Virus record (IMG/VR): IMGVR_UViG_3300032157_000010
Span: 1-58,013 of that record
Length of the DNA: 58,013 nt
Strand: one strand, 5' to 3'
Origin: a virus
Taxonomy: Duplodnaviria > Caudoviricetes
The notes beneath the pieces are model-generated. The model did not search any database, had not been told where the DNA came from, and saw nothing but the letters and a program-made list of their open reading frames with translations. Below are positions 54,624 through 58,013 of the stretch, piece by piece. Position 1 is the stretch's first letter; every line of letters begins with the position of its first letter. The translations under genes were made by a program, and so were the position numbers.

Positions 54624-54703
54624 AGCCTTCGGGCGAAGAACCCGTGATTCGGGTGTGATCAGGGCTTCTAGTGTTGAAAGATCACTCTCGGGTTCTGCTA
54701 TTC

Positions 54704-54910
54704 TCACCAGTCGAACGGGCAATAGCCCTCGACCGTATTCTCGTGTTTTGCCACCGGTCTCCGCTCCATCGCGTCATAGGCGCGAAGCTGGGTTCTGGCG
54801 TCGACTTCGGCGAGATACCGCTCCAGGTCCGCGCCGGTCGGCGGGCCGTCCTTGCGTGACGGCTCCGGCCGGCCCATCGCCCGCTGATAGGGGAACAGTC
54901 TTGCCTTCAT
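54704..54910 (-). CDS. Hypothetical protein
   Basis: ATGA-coupled to TerL; its C-terminus (ENTVEGYCPF) resembles the TerL tail (ENCEGYDPL). Confidence 0.55.
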   Translation of the reverse strand: MKARLFPYQRAMGRPEPSRKDGPPTGADLERYLAEVDARTQLRAYDAMERRPVAKHENTVEGYCPFDW

Positions 54911-56451
54911 GCCGCGCTCAATGGGTCATAGCCTTCGCAGTTCTCGAACCGCCCCTGGTGTGAGCCAGTCGGTGCCGGAAACACTGCCGGGAATTCTGGG
55001 TCTACGATCCGCGCCATGTTGTCAAGCATGTCGTCATGGATCGGCACCGGGAAGGGCTTGTATTCCTCCTCGATGAACTGCTCGATCACGTCGACCGTCT
55101 CGCCTTCCCAATTGGTCTTGAACAGGGTCGGGGGCAGATAGATGCGGCCTTGCTCGAACAGCGGGATCAGCCGCTTGATGCGGTCGACCTTGGGCGTGGA
55201 GCCACCGAGTTCGATGATGCCGAAGCGGTAGTTCTGCCGCTGCTGCTCCTCGCGCACATGCTGGATATCGGCCTGCATGCCATATTGCTCATAACCCACC
55301 ACCAGCGGGCGCCAGCGGCGGTGCATGGTGAACAGCATGCGGGTGCGTTCCGCCAGGTTCAGCCGGTCGCGCACCATGTCGAGCAGCACATAGTTCTCAT
55401 CCGAGCCGAGCCCCAGCGCGATGATGGTGGTGTAGTCCGCGCTCGCCTTCTTGGAGTTGGCCGGGTCGACCAGCAGATAGACGTTCAGCCCGCTGGTGTC
55501 CTTCACCGGATAGTTCAGGAACTGCAGCCAGGCCTCCTGGAAGCCCTGCAGCGCGTCACCCTTGGGATTTAGGAGCATCTGGCTGCCGAAAGTATATATC
55601 CCTTGCACCCTGCGTTTTTCCCTCAGCGTCTCAGGCTGCATCAACACGCAGTTCTCAGGCGTGAAGTTCTCCGTCCCATCCTTCGTGCAGGGATAGGTGC
55701 GAACCTTGACGGACCCCGAATGGATGATATCGCGATACGTGTCACTGAAATGATAGCGCGTGCCGGCGAGGCGCTTCGTTCCGCCCTCGGTCCCGAGGTT
55801 GTCAGAAAGCTGATACGCTTCGGTGGTCTTCTTGATCATTTCAGGGGTGGTGACGGATTCACGGGTCACCACGTCATCGTACAGCAGGATCTTGAAGTGC
55901 TTGGATGTCGGCTGGCCGTCAATGAGCCCCCAGGCCTCAACGGTTCCCTCTTTAGGATTGCTGTTCCGCTTGACCACAATCCCGTTGTCTTCTGACCACC
56001 GCGGCGCCGTCTTCGGGTTCTCCCAAAGGATGTCCGGGAAAAGCTCCTTCAGCATATCATTGCGCTCGAACTCCAGCTTGATCTGCCGGAGAAACTGCTT
56101 CGCGATGGGCCGCGTGTGACTGAAAATGCCAATTGTCACATCCGGATCATTCAGGATGGTGAAAACGGACATGCCAAAAGTCACGATCGAGCTTTTATAA
56201 TGCTCACGGCTCCACAGATCCAGGTAGCCGTCAGGCTCAGCCTGGATCTCCCTGCAGCGATCAAAGAGCCAAGGATGCTCCATATCACGCCGGCCGCACA
56301 CATAGCGCAGCAGAAAATACAGATCAGTTAAGGCCAAGTGCCTTAGCCGCGCTCTCCGTTCGACCGGGTCGTCCAATGTCTTCAAGCCATCGATCACTTT
56401 CCGATAGCTCTCGATGGACGTGAGAATGCGCGTGGCTGTGGTTGTGGTCAA
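54907..56451 (-). CDS. terL: Terminase large subunit
   Basis: REHYKS Walker A variant, LLYDD Walker B, GTRY, LVDPA, DYT, HDDMLD. Confidence 0.93.
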   Translation of the reverse strand: MTTTTATRILTSIESYRKVIDGLKTLDDPVERRARLRHLALTDLYFLLRYVCGRRDMEHPWLFDRCREIQAEPDGYLDLWSREHYKSSIVTFGMSVFTILNDPDVTIGIFSHTRPIAKQFLRQIKLEFERNDMLKELFPDILWENPKTAPRWSEDNGIVVKRNSNPKEGTVEAWGLIDGQPTSKHFKILLYDDVVTRESVTTPEMIKKTTEAYQLSDNLGTEGGTKRLAGTRYHFSDTYRDIIHSGSVKVRTYPCTKDGTENFTPENCVLMQPETLREKRRVQGIYTFGSQMLLNPKGDALQGFQEAWLQFLNYPVKDTSGLNVYLLVDPANSKKASADYTTIIALGLGSDENYVLLDMVRDRLNLAERTRMLFTMHRRWRPLVVGYEQYGMQADIQHVREEQQRQNYRFGIIELGGSTPKVDRIKRLIPLFEQGRIYLPPTLFKTNWEGETVDVIEQFIEEEYKPFPVPIHDDMLDNMARIVDPEFPAVFPAPTGSHQGRFENCEGYDPLSAA

Positions 56452-56851
56452 CTTGCCCCTCGACCGCGGTGCGATTTGTGATCTTGCCGAGGATTTTCGC
56501 CTTCGCGACAATCGCAGCGACCGCCGGAGCGTACTGCCCATCGCTCACAGCCAATTTCTGAATGTCAGCCAGTTCGTTAACCAGGTCAAGCGCAGTGATT
56601 TCAGCGCGTTCGGAAGCGCGTTTTTGGGCAGAAAGCAGGTGAGTGGAAATTAAGGGGTGTCGCAGGAGTTTCTGGCTTTCACCGTAAATTGTGGTCTCAG
56701 CCATGTTCTTCGCATTGTAGGCTTTTCGGTAAGCCTCAGCGGCATTTCCAGTGGCGAGGAAGGCGGTGATGAACTTCTGCTGCTTGATGGTAAGCTTGCT
56801 GCTTCCCTTCGGCCGACCTCGTTTTTTCGGCTCGTGGGTCTCGGCAGTCAT
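56324..56851 (-). CDS. terS: Terminase small subunit
   Basis: LT.KQQKF...F...GNA.EAYR.AY...LL..P.I. Confidence 0.9.
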   Translation of the reverse strand: MTAETHEPKKRGRPKGSSKLTIKQQKFITAFLATGNAAEAYRKAYNAKNMAETTIYGESQKLLRHPLISTHLLSAQKRASERAEITALDLVNELADIQKLAVSDGQYAPAVAAIVAKAKILGKITNRTAVEGQVDHNHSHAHSHVHRELSESDRWLEDIGRPGRTESAAKALGLN

Positions 56852-56867
56852 GTGTGTCTTCCTTCAG

Positions 56868-57125
56868 CTACCAAGGAAGCTCTTCGGCTGTCTGGCTTGG
56901 TGAGGTTGGTCTCTGGCTCTCTTCGTCCATCAGCTTTTTTGCGAGGTCGAGGAGATAGTCTCTTGGGATGGAGACGGCGAATTCGGTTGGGGACAGGCTG
57001 GCGCCGGCGGCGAGGGCTTTGTCGAGGGCTGATGTGCCGACGATGATGGCTTCGCGGCCGTCATAGAAGACCTCGGGGCATGCACGGATGTTGCAGCGGA
57101 GGTGGTCTGGCGTCAGCCTTTGCAT
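56868..57125 (-). CDS. Hypothetical protein
   Basis: C....CP.V...IIVG pattern. Confidence 0.6.
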   Translation of the reverse strand: MQRLTPDHLRCNIRACPEVFYDGREAIIVGTSALDKALAAGASLSPTEFAVSIPRDYLLDLAKKLMDEESQRPTSPSQTAEELPW

Positions 57126-57213
57126 TTCTGTTCCCAGCTTGCGCTGTTGGCGCTCAGGATTGAAAGCATAGCGTAGGTGATTGCCGTGGGAAAGGCAAGG
57201 GCGATGATGAAGC

Positions 57214-57438
57214 TCATTTCAGTTTCCGGTATCCGGTCAGCTTTGCTTCTGGGAAGGCGGTCTGCCACCTGGCGATGAGCAGGTGCAGGCGGTATTGCTC
57301 TGGCTTGGGCAGTTGCATGAAGTCCCAGGCGAGGCGCTTGTTGTCTTGTGTGACCGGGCCGATGACGGCTTCAAGCTGGGCAAGGCTGAGCGGCGAGCGA
57401 TTGGTGAGTTCTTGGGCCAGCCGGTCGCGATCCACCAT
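57214..57438 (-). CDS. Hypothetical protein
   Basis: GGGAG RBS. Confidence 0.55.
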   Translation of the reverse strand: MVDRDRLAQELTNRSPLSLAQLEAVIGPVTQDNKRLAWDFMQLPKPEQYRLHLLIARWQTAFPEAKLTGYRKLK

Positions 57439-57583
57439 CGGTCAGTGTCTCTCCCGCGCGCTCGATCAACCGGCGCAGCATCTCCGAGCGATTGGGCACA
57501 TCGGGCTCAAGGCGCGAAAGCTCCGTGAGGATGCGCTTGTGCTCGTCGGTCAGGCTGACCAGGATTTTGCGGTATGTCGTCAT
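57371..57583 (-). CDS. Ribbon-helix-helix (CopG-like) regulator
   Basis: ILVSLT......L..L.......RSE.LR.LI; near-leaderless after TTGCCT-N17-TAGCAT. Confidence 0.7.
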   Translation of the reverse strand: MTTYRKILVSLTDEHKRILTELSRLEPDVPNRSEMLRRLIERAGETLTDGGSRPAGPRTHQSLAAQPCPA

Positions 57584-57590
57584 GCGGGAA

Positions 57591-57684
57591 ATGCTATGCG
57601 ATATATGCGGAAAAGGCAACCGGAAAGATTTTTCGGATATACGTGTTTTTCCCTATTGCCAATTCGATATATCCGAGATATCTT
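57591..57684. promoter_or_regulatory. Divergent promoter pair with repeated gatata(t) boxes
   Basis: Minus strand TTGCCT-N17-TAGCAT; plus strand TTGCCA-N17-TATCTT; tcggatata/tatatccga inverted repeat. Confidence 0.6.
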
Positions 57685-57848
57685 TCAATCATCGGAAGCG
57701 ACGAAGTCCCCTCGATAACCGACCGGCCGAATGATGCCACGGGGTTCCAGAGGGGGCGGAGGGCCAGCAAAGCCCCTGTCTGCATCTTCTCTTTCTCGCC
57801 GAGCGCCTCAATCCTGGGACGCTCTGTTCGGAAGAGGGAAGACACACA

Positions 57849-58013
57849 GTGAAGACATCTATCATGCTGGTGAGCGTTCTGGCTGTTCTGTCGGGGCCGG
57901 TTGCGGCCGATACTTCGGATGGCACGCCGGGCTTTCGCGGCACCAATGCCGACAACCAGAGCATCTACAGCGGCGGCCAGATCCACTCCGCCGGCAAGGC
58001 ACAGACCTATCGC
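57849..58013 (+). CDS. N-terminal part of the secreted protein continuing at 1-394
   Basis: GAGGG RBS, GTG start, signal peptide MKTSIMLVSVLAVLSGPVAA-D. Confidence 0.8.
   Translation, partial: MKTSIMLVSVLAVLSGPVAADTSDGTPGFRGTNADNQSIYSGGQIHSAGKAQTYR
57923..58013. repeat. Terminal direct repeat, right copy
   Basis: 90 of 91 bases identical to 1-91. Confidence 0.97.

Overview
This window looks like a complete, circularly assembled podovirus genome of about 57.9 kb. The ends share a 91-bp overlap with one synonymous mismatch. The host is probably an alphaproteobacterium (Hyphomicrobiales-like), inferred from the high GC content and an Omp25/RopB-like gene. The late operon runs on the minus strand with BPP-1/T7-like gene order: TerS, TerL, portal, scaffold, major capsid, tail tubular A/B, internal virion proteins, tail fibre and lysis cassette. 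No phage RNA or DNA polymerase is present. Replication is lambda-like, using an iteron-containing initiator plus DnaB. There is also a RecT/Hjc recombination operon. I found no integrase or CI-type repressor. The main unusual features are: (1) an island of about 8 kb of glycosyltransferases and methyltransferases between the capsid and tail genes, a candidate virion-glycosylation system; (2) a 2386-aa ejected polyvalent protein with three ART-like domains nested in a split zincin peptidase; (3) antisense 'moron' units inside the late operon, including a Tad1 anti-Thoeris sponge and a tRNA-like ncRNA; (4) two divergent micro-gene arrays sharing a junction motif around a degenerate resolvase-fold gene; (5) two paralogous 4-TM proteins, one fused to a winged helix. 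All family assignments come from recognising motifs by eye, not from database searches.
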